Shown in pieces: positions 52,531-64,000 of a DNA stretch of 64,000 nt (within the stretch, counting starts at the first letter, position 1; every line of letters starts with the position of its first letter). The position numbers and the translations under genes were made by a program. The DNA is from Eledone cirrhosa. Lineage: Eukaryota. A model generated the notes under the pieces. The model saw only the letters and a list, made by a program, of their open reading frames with translations, was not told the DNA's origin and made no database searches. The stretch spans positions 23,932,001 to 23,996,000 of the forward strand of contig OZ024755.1 in NCBI GenBank assembly GCA_964016885.1, in the 5' to 3' direction.

Positions 52531-52759
52531 CAATTTTCATGCCAAACTTACAAAAGATACAGATAAAAAGAATTCAAGAATTACAATTAGATGACATGAA
52601 AAATATGTTTCTGAAGAATACAACTTAATGTAATACAGAAGACATGCCTTCCCATGCACACAGACTCAAACATACACATAGTAGGCACCTCCTTACCACT
52701 ATACACCCACCCACCAACCCCTGCCAATACAACCCTTACACTGTGAACAAAACATATCC

Positions 52760-55220
52760 AACCAACGCTGTAAAGTGGTCATGTAGGTGTCACGTCATAA
52801 AGCACCCAGCCCACACTGTAAAATGTCCGTGTAGGTATCATGATAAAAAGCACCCAGCCCACACTGTAAAGTGGTCATGTAGGTGTCACGTCAAAAAGCA
52901 CCCAGGCCACATCGTAAAGTGATAGTGTAGGTGTCACAACAAAAAGCACCCAACCCACACTGTAAAGTGGTCATGTAGGTGTCACGTCAAAAAGCACCCA
53001 GCCCACACTGTAAAATGTCCGTGTAGGTATCATGATAAAAAGCACCCAGTCCACACTGTAAAGTGGTCATGTAGGTGTCACGTCATAAAGCACCCAGCCC
53101 ACACTGTAAAATGTCCGTGTAGGTATCATGATAAAAAGCACCCAGTCCACACTGTAAAGTGGTCATGTAGATATCATGACAAAAAGTACCCAGCCCACAT
53201 TGTAAAGTGATAGTGTAGGTGTCACAACAAAAAGCACCCAACCCACACTGTAAAGTGGTCATGTAGGTGTCACGTCATAAAGCACCCAGCCCACACTGTA
53301 AAATGTCCGTGTAGGTATCATGATAAAAAGCACCCAGTCCACACTGTAAAGTGGTCATGTAGATATCATGACAAAAAGTACCCAGCCCACATTGTAAAGT
53401 GATAGTGTAGGTGTCACAACAAAAAGCACCCAACCCACACTGTAAAGTGGTCATGTAGGTGTCACGTCAAAAAGCACCCAACTCACACTGTAAAGTGGTC
53501 ATGTAGGTGTCACGTCAAAAAGCACCCAGCCCACACTGTAAAATGTCCGTGTAGGTATCATGATAAAAAGCACCCAGTCCACACTGTAAAGTGGTCATGT
53601 AGATATCATGACAAAAAGTACCCAGCCCACATTGTAAAGTGATAGTGTAGGTGTCACAACAAAAAGCACCCAACCCACACTGTAAAGTGGTCATGTAAGT
53701 GTCACGTCAAAAAGCATCCAGCCCACACTGTAAAGTGGTCATATAGGAGCTATGGCAAAAAGCATCCAGCACACACTGTAAAGTGGTCATATAGGAGCTA
53801 TGGCAAAAAGCATCCAGCACACACTGTAAAGTGGTCATATAGGAGCTATGGCAAAAAGCATCCAGCCCACACTGTAAAGTGGTCATATAGGAGCTATGGC
53901 AAAAAGCATCCAGCACACACTGTAAAGTGGTCATATAGGAGCTATGGCAAAAAGCATCCAGCACACACTGTAAAGTGGTCATATAGGAGCTATGGCAAAA
54001 AGCATCCAGCACACACTGTAAAGTGGTCATATAGGAGCTATGGCAAAAAGCATCCAGCACACACTGTAAAATGGTCATATAGGAGCTATGGCAAAAAGCA
54101 TCCAGCACACACTGTAAAGTGGTCATATAGGAGCTATGGCAAAAAGCATCCAGCCCACACTGTAAAGTGGTCATATAGGAGCTATGGCAAAAAGCATCCA
54201 GCACACACTGTAAAGTGGTCATATAGGAGCTATGGCAAAAAGCATCCAGCACACACTGTAAAGTGGTCATATAGGAGCTATGGCAAAAAGCATCCAGCAC
54301 ACACTGTAAAGTGGTCATATAGGAGCTATGGCAAAAAGCATCCAGCACACACTGTAAAGTGGTCATATAGGAGCTATGGCAAAAAGCATCCAGCCCACAC
54401 TGTAAAGTGGTCATATAGGAGCTATGGCAAAAAGCATCCAGCACACACTGTAAAGTGGTCATATAGGAGCTATGGCAAAAAGCATCCAGCACACACTGTA
54501 AAGTGGTCATATAGGAGCTATGGCAAAAAGCATCCAGCACACACTGTAAAGTGGTCATATAGGAGCTATGGCAAAAAGCATCCAGCACACACTGTAAAAT
54601 GGTCATATAGGAGCTATGGCAAAAAGCATCCAGCACACACTGTAAAGTGGTCATATAGGAGCTATGGCAAAAAGCATCCAGCCCACACTGTAAAGTGGTC
54701 ATATAGGAGCTATGGCAAAAAGCATCCAGCACACACTGTAAAGTGGTCATATAGGAGCTATGGCAAAAAGCATCCAGCACACACTGTAAAGTGGTCATAT
54801 AGGAGCTATGGCAAAAAGCATCCAGCACACACTGTAAAGTGGTCATATAGGAGCTATGGCAAAAAGCATCCAGCACACACTGTAAAGTGGTCATATAGGA
54901 GCTATGGCAAAAAGCATCCAGCACACACTGTAAAGTGGTCATATAGGAGCTATGGCAAAAAGCATCCAGCACACACTGTAAAGTGGTCATATAGGAGCTA
55001 TGGCAAAAAGCATCCAGCACACACTGTAAAGTGGTCATATAGGAGCTATGGCAAAAAGCATCCAGCACACACTGTAAAGTGGTCATATCGGAGCTATGGC
55101 AAAAAGCATCCAGCCCACACTGTAAAGTGGTCATATAGGAGCTATGGCAAAAAGCATCCAGCACACACTGTAAAGTGGTCATATAGGAGCTATGGCAAAA
55201 AGCATCCAGCACACACTGTA
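52760..55220 (+). repeat. 48-bp satellite expanded inside an RTE 3'UTR
   Basis: About 20 heterogeneous units (52760-53706) then about 31 near-identical units GCAAAAAGCATCCAGCACACACTGTAAAGTGGTCATATAGGAGCTATG. Confidence 0.95.
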
Positions 55221-55382
55221 AATGTGGTTGGGGTTAGGAAGGGCATCCAGCCATAGAAACCAAGCCAGAAACAGTCCTATATGAGTATGACACCTGACTA
55301 CCTTAAATGGGATGACCCGTCTAACCCCTGTTAGCGGGGAAAATGGACGTTAAATGATGATGATGATGATGATAATGATGAT
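55221..55382 (+). mobile_element. RTE 3'UTR terminal part closing the satellite
   Basis: GGTTAGGAAGGGCATCCAGCC..GGACGTTAAAT(GAT)n. Confidence 0.85.
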
Positions 55383-56724
55383 TTCATGTTTGTAAAGGGG
55401 TAAGGAGAAGTACTCACATAAACTAATCTATTCCCGCAATTTATGAATAACTAGCACAATTTTATCTACTCAATACAATTTATATCTTAATTCTATGTAC
55501 TACTCCACCCCTACATCTACCTCCACAATTCCCCATGTATCTCCTCCAACCAAGTCCCCAACCCATACCATAAAGTGGTCATCCTGGAGTCACAACAAAA
55601 AGCACACACTGTAAAGTGGTGATGTAGGTGCCATGACAAAGAGCACCCAGCCCACACTATAAAGTGATTGTGTAAGTGTCACGACAAAAAGCACCCAGTT
55701 CACACCGTAAAGTGGTCATGTAGCTGTCACAACAAAAAAGCATCCAGCCCAGACTGTAAAGTGGTTGTGTAGGTGTCACGACAAAGAGCATCCAGTCCAC
55801 ACTGGACTAACTATACTAACCAAGAAAATGTGATACTAAAAATATTAAAATAAAATAATTTGTTATAGCATAGACAAAGTTTTCTATAAATTACTAAATA
55901 TTTTGAGAGTGATATTGTGGTTGTGCTATATAAAATAGATTATTTATAATATTTCAAAATAACTGAAGTAGAACAGTTCCTGTATTTATGGTTCCTGAAA
56001 GATAATGCCTTTAACATTTACTAGCATGTCAATCAGGGATCATTTATGCATTCACACAAAACTGCTAGTAATAACCATCGGATTTCTTCAAATCTCATCC
56101 TACCATATTAAAAAAAAGAACGGATGTATTGGACAATACAGTCCCAAATATAAAAATAGATGGTAGTGTCACAGCTAAAATACCCTTCATTATAAGAACT
56201 GACCTGGGGCTAATCAGCAACAGTTATCAGAAATATAAGCCAATATGGAAATAAAAACATTTACTACAAGTTTTTTAACTTCCAAGCATTATATTTATGA
56301 CTTAAATTATTGAGTGAGTGGGAAAATGACCAAAGGTCTTTATATCAGTTTCATCTTGATATGTGGACTACACCATGCTAAACCTTCCACATTATATAGC
56401 TTTGCAAATGAACAGGGTCTGTTCCCTATTCAATGGCAGGTTTTGATGCCTTACACAAACAGAGATTACGTTTTCTGATTGTAATCTTCATTGCATCTAA
56501 TGAGCAAATTGAGCAAATCATATCCAAGGCTGAGCTGCATGTTACTAAACTATTATGTAACTGCTTTGAGCTCAGAGCTGGTCATTTGTGAAACACATTA
56601 TGTGTGAATACAAATAAAGTATATTAAAGTGAAACTCCGAGCTCTCTTTCTTTATATATATATATGTGTGTGTGTGTGTGTTTAATGGTAGCTATGATGA
56701 GAAAATTTGTTCAGAAAGTATTGC

Positions 56725-56809
56725 TTGTGTCCGAAGAACCTGCAGATCTAGAATCATACAGATCCATACAATGATCGTGTCTCAAGCTATCTGCAGGCGA
56801 AACACACAA
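56725..56809 (+). ncRNA. Degenerate hammerhead relic
   Basis: TTGTGT-CCGAAGA-A-CCTGCAGAT..ATCTGCAGG-C-GAAA-C-ACACAA. Stems I and II are preserved, core U4 is mutated and stem III is deleted. Confidence 0.4.
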
Positions 56810-56841
56810 TAAACTGAGTCCAGATGCATCACTGATTTTTC

Positions 56842-56904
<63 letters not shown>

Positions 56905-57011
56905 CTAGTAAATAGAGCTTATATCATATTTGACTAAGTAAATTAGTCTATTAGTTGGGATTTTAAAAAACCCACAGAATGGAAAAAAAGGGATGAATGT
57001 TGATGTACATG

Positions 57012-57122
57012 GATGGGACATGAACCCACATCTTTGGTTTGCCAGACAACAGTACTAACCATTACACCAATGGTGTATTGGTGTAGTGTAACGGTTAGCA
57101 CAGTGGTCCAGCAAACCAAAGA
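57012..57122. other. Head-to-head tRNA-like (Pol III) heads
   Basis: Minus strand TGGTGTAATGGTTAGTAC..GGGTTCATGTCCC; plus strand TAGTGTAACGGTTAGCAC..CAAACCAAAGA. No complete cloverleaf. Confidence 0.55.
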
Positions 57123-60100
57123 GTCAACAAGAGAGCTTCTACATGATCAGCTGAATTGCTAGAAATAGCAACCAAATTTTTCTCTCAATATATCCATCCA
57201 TCTTAGAAAAAAAAACATTAGATAATGTAATGCTGGGTTGATTGCACATAAAAAAAAAATGATGGACTTGAATGCTTCTAATTGTAAGTTATCTCAATCA
57301 AGGATGACCTGGGGCTAAACACCACCCATCCTTCTCAGATTTTTTTTCCTTCTTCTATCATCACACAAGAGTTCTTTTCATTAAGCAGAAATTATCTATT
57401 CCCATTAAATGTTCATATCAGTGAAGCTGGCACTCCTATCCACACTGATAACTCTTCAGTCTGTTCCTCATTGCTACAAATAATTTATTCATTGTACTAT
57501 CATACAGTTAGACTTGTTCTTTGGTGCTACATAGACAACATATATCAAATAAATATTCATAACCCTGACTTATTTATTTATATTTAAGGTTAAATAAAAC
57601 AATTAACCATTAGATAACCTAGTTAAATATTAATTTTCACAATTCATTATTATATTAAGTAATAGGGTGATAACTTGGAAGATTCATTATAGAATGCTAT
57701 TCATTCTAGCTGTCTGCAGTTTGAGTTCAAATCTCTCAAAGGTCAACTTTGCCTTTTATCCTTCCAGAGTTGATAAAATAAAGATCAGTTAAGTACTGGG
57801 TTGATATAATCAGCTTTTCACCTTGCCCAAATTGCTGGCTTTCTGTATATGTTAGAAAGAATTATTATATGAATTCAGTGTGTTTTATATGGATGAATTT
57901 GTAGTTGAAATTTCAAAAGAAATTTTACTAATAACTCAAGTGAGCCAATGGTATGAATATGCCATAATTAAAAATTCCCTCTTTAAAGAAAACACACATC
58001 TAGAAACAATTGTAAGTCATTATCAAAGAAAATGTGAGATAATTTCAAGAAATTAAGAATTAATCTCTCAAAGTCAATTTACATGTTATGGGGAAAGTTT
58101 GAGCTTTGTTTGCAGGCAAGAGACAACTGTGGAAGTGTTTCCGTCTATTAGTTCTGATCAGAAGTGTATAGTCAAATTATAATTATATTACTCGAATCAT
58201 TTCATGTAATGCATGTATGCAGACAGAACAATTCATAATTTAGGCAGAGGACGTAACGATTCTATATTAAATAATCTTATTTAATGCTACAGCTACTATG
58301 TAAATGTTACACTGGCTTTTATGTTACCTGAACAGTGTTAGGATTGCTGTTGAATATCTGCAGTATTTTTGATGAATGTTTTTCCTCAAAAAGCAAGAAA
58401 AAAAATAGCCAAGAGTTAAAATCTTTCTCCATTTATTAACAAAAAGATTAATGAGAAAAAGGAGTTACTGAATTTTTAGATTGATTGAAGATTTGTATTA
58501 TATCTGCAACTACCACCTCCTTTATCAGCTATGTTCACCACGGAAAACTATTTGCTACCACTTTTCAGGTAGCTATAAATCAAAACTCTTAACTGACAAT
58601 CTATCTTTCTCTCTCACAATGAAGGTACCTGGAAAAATCCCATATCTCGAGAACCCGTGCTCCAATTTGCATGAAACTTGTTTTATTCCATTTGTATTCC
58701 AATTTCAGGGGCAACTTCCTTCCAAAGTAGTTTCCTATTATGTGCCGTTTTGGCTGTATTAAATTACAGACAAGCACAAATCACAGAATTTTAGTAGTAT
58801 ATAGATATCTATATCTATCTATACATACCCAATCGCCCTTACTCACACAAACACTCATTATATCGTCACAATACACATCACATGCTCAAACTGATCAACA
58901 CATAGTTTCTCTTTTAACCTTTTCATTTCCATATTCTTAATGAAAGACACTGCCAATTATTTTCAAATATGTTTGAAAATAATCAAGAATTTTGAAGGAT
59001 TTGGTAATATATTTACATTATGAAGCTGATGTTTGGAACAACTTAAGGTTCAAAATAAATATAAACACTTTAAAATAGAAAAATTTGTACCATAAAACTA
59101 AAAGCAATTTCAGAGTATCAACACACCAATTCAATGTAGTGATTGCCAAATAATTAGAAAGTTTACTTTGCAATCATAGATTCCTGGGTTCCATGGCACC
59201 TCCAGTAAGTATATTCTACTATAGCCTTGAGTCAACGCAAGTCTTGTGAATGAAATTGGATGTGACCAGCCCACACTGTAAAGTTGTGTAAATGTCACAA
59301 CAAAAAGCACACAGCCCACACTGTAGAGTGGTCGTGTAAATGTCACAAAAAAAAGCACACAGCCCACACTGTAAAGTGGTCATGTAGATGTCATAACAAA
59401 AAGCGTCCAGCCCTCCCATTCTTCCATGACCCTAGAGCTCTTACCTTTCCCTTCATTTTCTATTTGTAAATATCTGCAGTGTTGTTATTCGAGATAGATT
59501 TGTTTATGATTTTAAAAGATTTTTTACCAATATGACAAACTATTTTAGAAACATATCCTGCTAAATCGTAATTTTTACTCATCTTTACTTAAGATAAATA
59601 TTTTTATAAGATAAAATTTCTTCAACTGTGAATAAAAATATTATTCTCTGAAAACTGCAATGAAATAGAATTTTAGAGGTAATAGATAATAATGGTATAG
59701 GTTCATAAATTCTTATGTAAATAAGATTTGAATGTAAAGATCTGTTTCTATGGGTTTGAATATAAATTTGTGTGTTTATATTTTGTTAAAGTGATACATA
59801 TTAAAACTATTTTGCTCATAATTTTCTGCTATAAAGTTTTTGGTTGAATGCATTTGTAGATACATAATAAACTTTATTGATTGTTGGTGTTCCTCAGTAA
59901 GATTTTAATATTTATTTTTTCCACCAAGGAAATATATCACAATGGAAATTAGATATTTGTATTTCAGCTTAGTTTGTATTATCATATTTATATTCTAAAG
60001 TAATGTTTGTTTGTTTGTAGAGATCAAAGGAGATGATATTTATATATGTAAATAAAACTGAAGCAATAGAAACAATATTTTAGCAATATCTTTATAATTT

Positions 60101-60342
60101 GGCAGTAAATGACTGGCAGTAAATGACTGACAGTAGCTCAAAGATGAACACCTGGCAGTAATATTAGGGGATATCTGATCAATTAAAGAGAAGTCAACAT
60201 TCATAGAACATATTAGAGCTTTTGTCAGTGTTTATGCCTAGTATTTAAACAAACTATGTAACATATCATTATATTCAACTGAATAATACATCAATTCCAG
60301 CACACTTTATGAGGAATATCAACTATGTCAATAACACTATGT

Positions 60343-60665
60343 GAAGGTGCATGGCTTTGAGGTTAGGGAACTTGGTTCACGATCGTAAGCTCGTGAGTTC
60401 GGTTCTTGGCGGCACATTGTGTCCTTGAGCAAGACACTTTATTTCACATTGCTCCAGTTCACTCAGTTGGCAAAAATGAGTTGTACCTGTAATTCGAAGG
60501 GTTAGCGTTGTCACATTCTGTGTCATGCCAAATCTCCCTGAGAACTACGTAGAGGGTATGCGTGTTTATGGAATGCTCAACCACTTGCCTGTTAATTTAC
60601 AAGCAGGCTGTTCCATTGATTGGATCAACTGGAACACTCGTAACCGGAGTGTATTCCAACAATAC
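60343..60665 (+). mobile_element. SINE family B-related element
   Basis: tRNA head, TGTGTCCTTGAGCAAGACACTTTATTTCAC domain and a distinct 3' tail. Confidence 0.78.
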
Positions 60666-61367
60666 CATCTTGGTAAGGATCATAAAGACTGGAATAATGC
60701 TACTTTATTGAATATTTTATAATCAATTTACTTAAAAGGATAATCAAATATTTTATATTTAATCTAAGCATGGTTGTGTGGATAAGAAGTCCCCTTTACA
60801 ACTATGTGATTCCATGATTGATCCCACAGTGTGGCAGCTTGGGTCATCCAAAACTGTCCAAGTCAGTAGATAGACACTGTGTGAACGTTAATCAGAGGGA
60901 TAGTTTTATTATTTGGTTGGTAGATATAATCCATTCCATGGTTTAACTTCACCACCTAACCTGTAGGTATTTTTAGCAGGATGTATTCTGTTACAAGTTG
61001 TCATGACAAGTTCCTGGTCTAAGAATAACTTCCTTCTATTCTACCAGTTAGGGAGGCCATAAAAAGGAGTCACGGGTTTTTACATGAAAACAAGATGGTG
61101 AGACACAAAATAAAAAAGAAAGAGACAAAATAAAAACCCAGTCACTGAGGAGTCACAAGATGTGTGAGTAAAGAGCTTTGACAATATATAAACAGCCATC
61201 CAGTTGTAGAACCAAGCAACCAACCCAAAATTTATAATAAATTAAAGAGAAAACTAACAGGTGCATGTGTTTTTATTGGCAGCATGACCCTCCCAAAGTA
61301 TAACAATATCTATTTCAACACACGTTTTCAGATAAGAAATCCTGCAAAACCAATTTTCAAAAGCGAA

Positions 61368-61419
<52 letters not shown>

Positions 61420-61463
61420 TTATCATCAATGCTTAACGTCAATTTTTCCACGCAAGCAAGGGG

Positions 61464-61494
<31 letters not shown>

Positions 61495-62045
61495 TTCAAG
61501 TATCTGGTTTTTAATAAAGCAAAAATGCTTTTGTGTGTGTGTGTGTGTGTACAGTAGTATCAAATTGAATATGAATTTATTCAATTTTGTACAGGTAATG
61601 TTGAATAACTCTGTGCATTTTTCTTTCACCCTTGCCACACTGCAATATATATATATATATATACATATATATATAAATATATATGAAAAATAATTACCTT
61701 AACAGAATTTTCAACATCAAGAAACACTTACCTGAAAATAGAAAAAAATATATATATATATAAATATATGAAAATCTAATAAGTATTAGCAATAATTTCA
61801 ATTTTTTAGCTTTAAGAATATTTACTTTGAACAAAATAAATAAATAATATTCTGTGAAAAAGAAACAGTCTTTAAATACTTTTTGCTTTTCAAGCAAAGA
61901 TTATAAAATCGTCTCCCAAGAACATTTTTCTTTTATTATCTGCTTGAGAAATAATTAGAATTCCTCTATCAGAATAGCAATATAAACATTTGGTTACATA
62001 AAGTTTTAGTGTATTTAGTGTTAACTTTCTAGCTGTTTTTGTTTT

Positions 62046-62490
62046 ATCATCATCATCATCATTATCATTATCATTATCATCATCGTTACCGCCATTTTAA
62101 TCACCATCACCACCAACATCACCATCATCATTATAATCAACAATAACCACCGTTGTCATCATCATCATCATCACTGTCATCATTGCCACCATCATCATCA
62201 CCAACATCAACATCATCATCGTCATTATAATCAACAATAACCACCGTTGTCACCATCATCATCATCACCACCGTCATCATTGCCACCATCATCATCACCA
62301 CCATCACCATTCTTACCAGCATTATAACCACCATCAGCACCAACATCACTATCGTCACCAATCATCATCATCATCATCACCATCATTGCCATCATCACCA
62401 CGAACATCACCATCACCATAATGATGATCATCATCGTCATTGTTACCATCACCATCATCACCATTACCACCACCATAATGATCATCACCA
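62046..62490. repeat. Degenerate (CAT/CAC)n tract with an internal duplication of about 100 bp
   Basis: Directly visible; CATTATAATCAACAATAACCACCGTTGTCA occurs twice. Confidence 0.92.
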
Positions 62491-62645
62491 TGGCGGTGAA
62501 TTGGCAGTATCGGTTACGTCCCTTTACGATCTGAGTTCAAATCCCGCCGAGGTTAACTTTGCCTTTCATCCTTACGGGGTCGATAAAATAAAGTACCAGT
62601 AATGTACTGGGATAATTGCTGGCCTTGTGCCAAATGTAGAAACAG
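62490..62645 (+). mobile_element. SINE family A with internal deletion
   Basis: A box joined to TTACGTCCCTTTACGATCTGAGTTCAAATCCC, followed by the full body. Confidence 0.82.
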
Positions 62646-63101
62646 TCGTCGTCGTCGTCGTCGTCATCATCATCATCATCATCATCGATGTTTTGCACAG
62701 TAAATACCATGCACTGGATTTACAGCGTATGGAATCTCACTAGAACTTCACTATAAAAAGAATCCTTTCCAACTTCCAGCATATCAGCTTCCAACATATC
62801 TTGCTCATTTCCAACATCTCACAGGTGGTGTAGACAGTTGTAATTAGGGTCTTCTTTTGTTTCACTGTACCTCCTTTCTTTCTCAATCACTAATTACAAT
62901 TTATGATGATCTTTCATGATAACAAAACCAAAACTAATAACTGAACAATTGCTGTGATAGAATGAGACAAGAACATTCTAGACTGTATAAAAGAACTGAC
63001 TGCTGAGTCTTAACTCATTACTGTCAAAAGTTCAGTCTTTCTGTTTCTTCTACTGTAGTTCTGGCTCTTCTCAATTTTCACAGTGTGTTTCACCCCTAGG
63101 T

Positions 63102-63460
63102 GAAGGCAGGTGGCCTAGTGGTGAGGGTGATGGACTTACGATCATAATGCCATGGGTTTGATTCCTGGGCTGGCTTGTGTGCTGTGTTCTTGTGCAACAC
63201 ACTTCATTTCATGTTTCTCCAGTGTACTCAGATACAAATGAGTACCAGTAATAGCTGGGGGTTTAACCCTGTGTGTGGTGGTTTGGCGTTCTGTTGGGGG
63301 AGTCTTGTACTCTCAATTGCTTCACGCCACGAAACCAGGATAAGCACTGGTCTGAGGAGCTTCTGGACTCATGACTGACTTTAACCCTGTGATGGACTGG
63401 CATCCTGTCCAGGGTGAGGGAGAGTCTTGTACTCTAAGTCACTTCACACCACAAAACCAG
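63102..63460 (+). mobile_element. SINE family B-related element with duplicated 3' part
   Basis: TGGCCTAGTGGTGAGGG head, GGTTTGATTCC B box, CORE/V-like domain, TTTAACCCTGTG..GAGTCTTGTACTCT twice. Confidence 0.7.
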
Positions 63461-63879
63461 GATATATCATTGAATCTGAAAGGTTAGACTGAACTGAAAT
63501 TAAAGAGCCTTTTTTATTCAACTACAAACTGTATTTTCTACATACGTATGTATTTAGAATTGATCCCCGTATAATTGATCCTCAAGTATAATGAACATAG
63601 ATGAACTCTACTCAGGATTAGCAAGAAATCTACCACTTGTGCACAATATTAGTTTGACAGCTTTAACTCTTCTTTCCCATATTATGAACAATGCATATAT
63701 ATTCGAGATATGTTTTGCTAACTTGCTAAGAGATGTTCTAAAGTGGTGTATTTTGAATAAACAAATCTATTTCAAATAACAACACTACAGTTATTTCAAA
63801 ATGGAAAATGAAGGGAGGGGCAAGGGATCTGGGGTCACAGGAGAATGGGAGGGGTGCAGAAAGGAAGGGTGATGGGCTC

Positions 63880-64000
63880 TAGGCCTAGGGTGTGGTGGTG
63901 TTGGGGCTGCGCCCCATAGACAAGACCACAAAAGCATTTCTGCGAATGGCCAGCAACAGCTGCTGCAACAATCACCCCCACCTTGCAGGGCTCCTTCCTC
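63880..64000 (-). pseudogene. CRE-like endonuclease C-terminal fragment (runs off the window)
   Basis: RKEPCKVG..LLQQLLLAIRRNAFVVLSMG, homologous to 35400-35500. Confidence 0.6.

Noticed and set aside
52129-52628. Poly-Thr/Ala/Met mucin-like ORFs
   Set aside because: Mixed trinucleotide microsatellite open in several frames, with no splice or domain support.
53707-55212. 501-aa ORF of MTTLQCVLDAFCHSSY repeats, or a CRISPR-like array
   Set aside because: It is a head-to-tail 48-bp repeat with no unique spacers and no cas genes. The unit derives from an RTE 3'UTR, and the open frame follows from a stop-free unit whose length is a multiple of three.
57012-57070. Functional tRNA gene
   Set aside because: A and B boxes are present but the acceptor and anticodon stems do not pair; best treated as a SINE head. 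The same applies to all family A and B heads.
62137-62491. His-rich or Asp-rich protein (e.g. beak-protein-like)
   Set aside because: Degenerate (CAT)n tract adjoining a SINE, with no coherent gene structure.

Overview
This is an AT-rich eukaryotic, largely intronic or intergenic window with no intact protein-coding gene that I can recognise. The repeat families and very dense (TA)n, (CAT)n and (GA)n microsatellites resemble octopod (cephalopod) genomes; that assignment is an inference. Most ORFs in the supplied track are artefacts of microsatellites or minisatellites. Recognisable content includes a frameshifted 5'-truncated CR1-type LINE (29.5-31.9 kb), many RTE LINE fragments, three CRE-like endonuclease fragments and a decayed Penelope-like (PLE) ORF. 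There is also an internally deleted DD37D (maT) transposon, Tc1/mariner and piggyBac-type MITEs, Helitron ends, several tRNA-derived SINE families, a 39-bp minisatellite, and a 2.5-kb 48-bp satellite grown inside an RTE 3'UTR. The most unusual signal is a dispersed set of 100-400 bp non-coding elements embedded in (TA)n tracts. They share an architecture of inverted arm, direct arm and a tail carrying ACTC...GAGTRC, and several carry type I hammerhead ribozyme cores (best at 12093-12128 + and 35838-35911 -). I interpret them as minimal Penelope-dependent, retrozyme-like retroelements. All calls were read by eye, and coordinates of degraded repeats are approximate.
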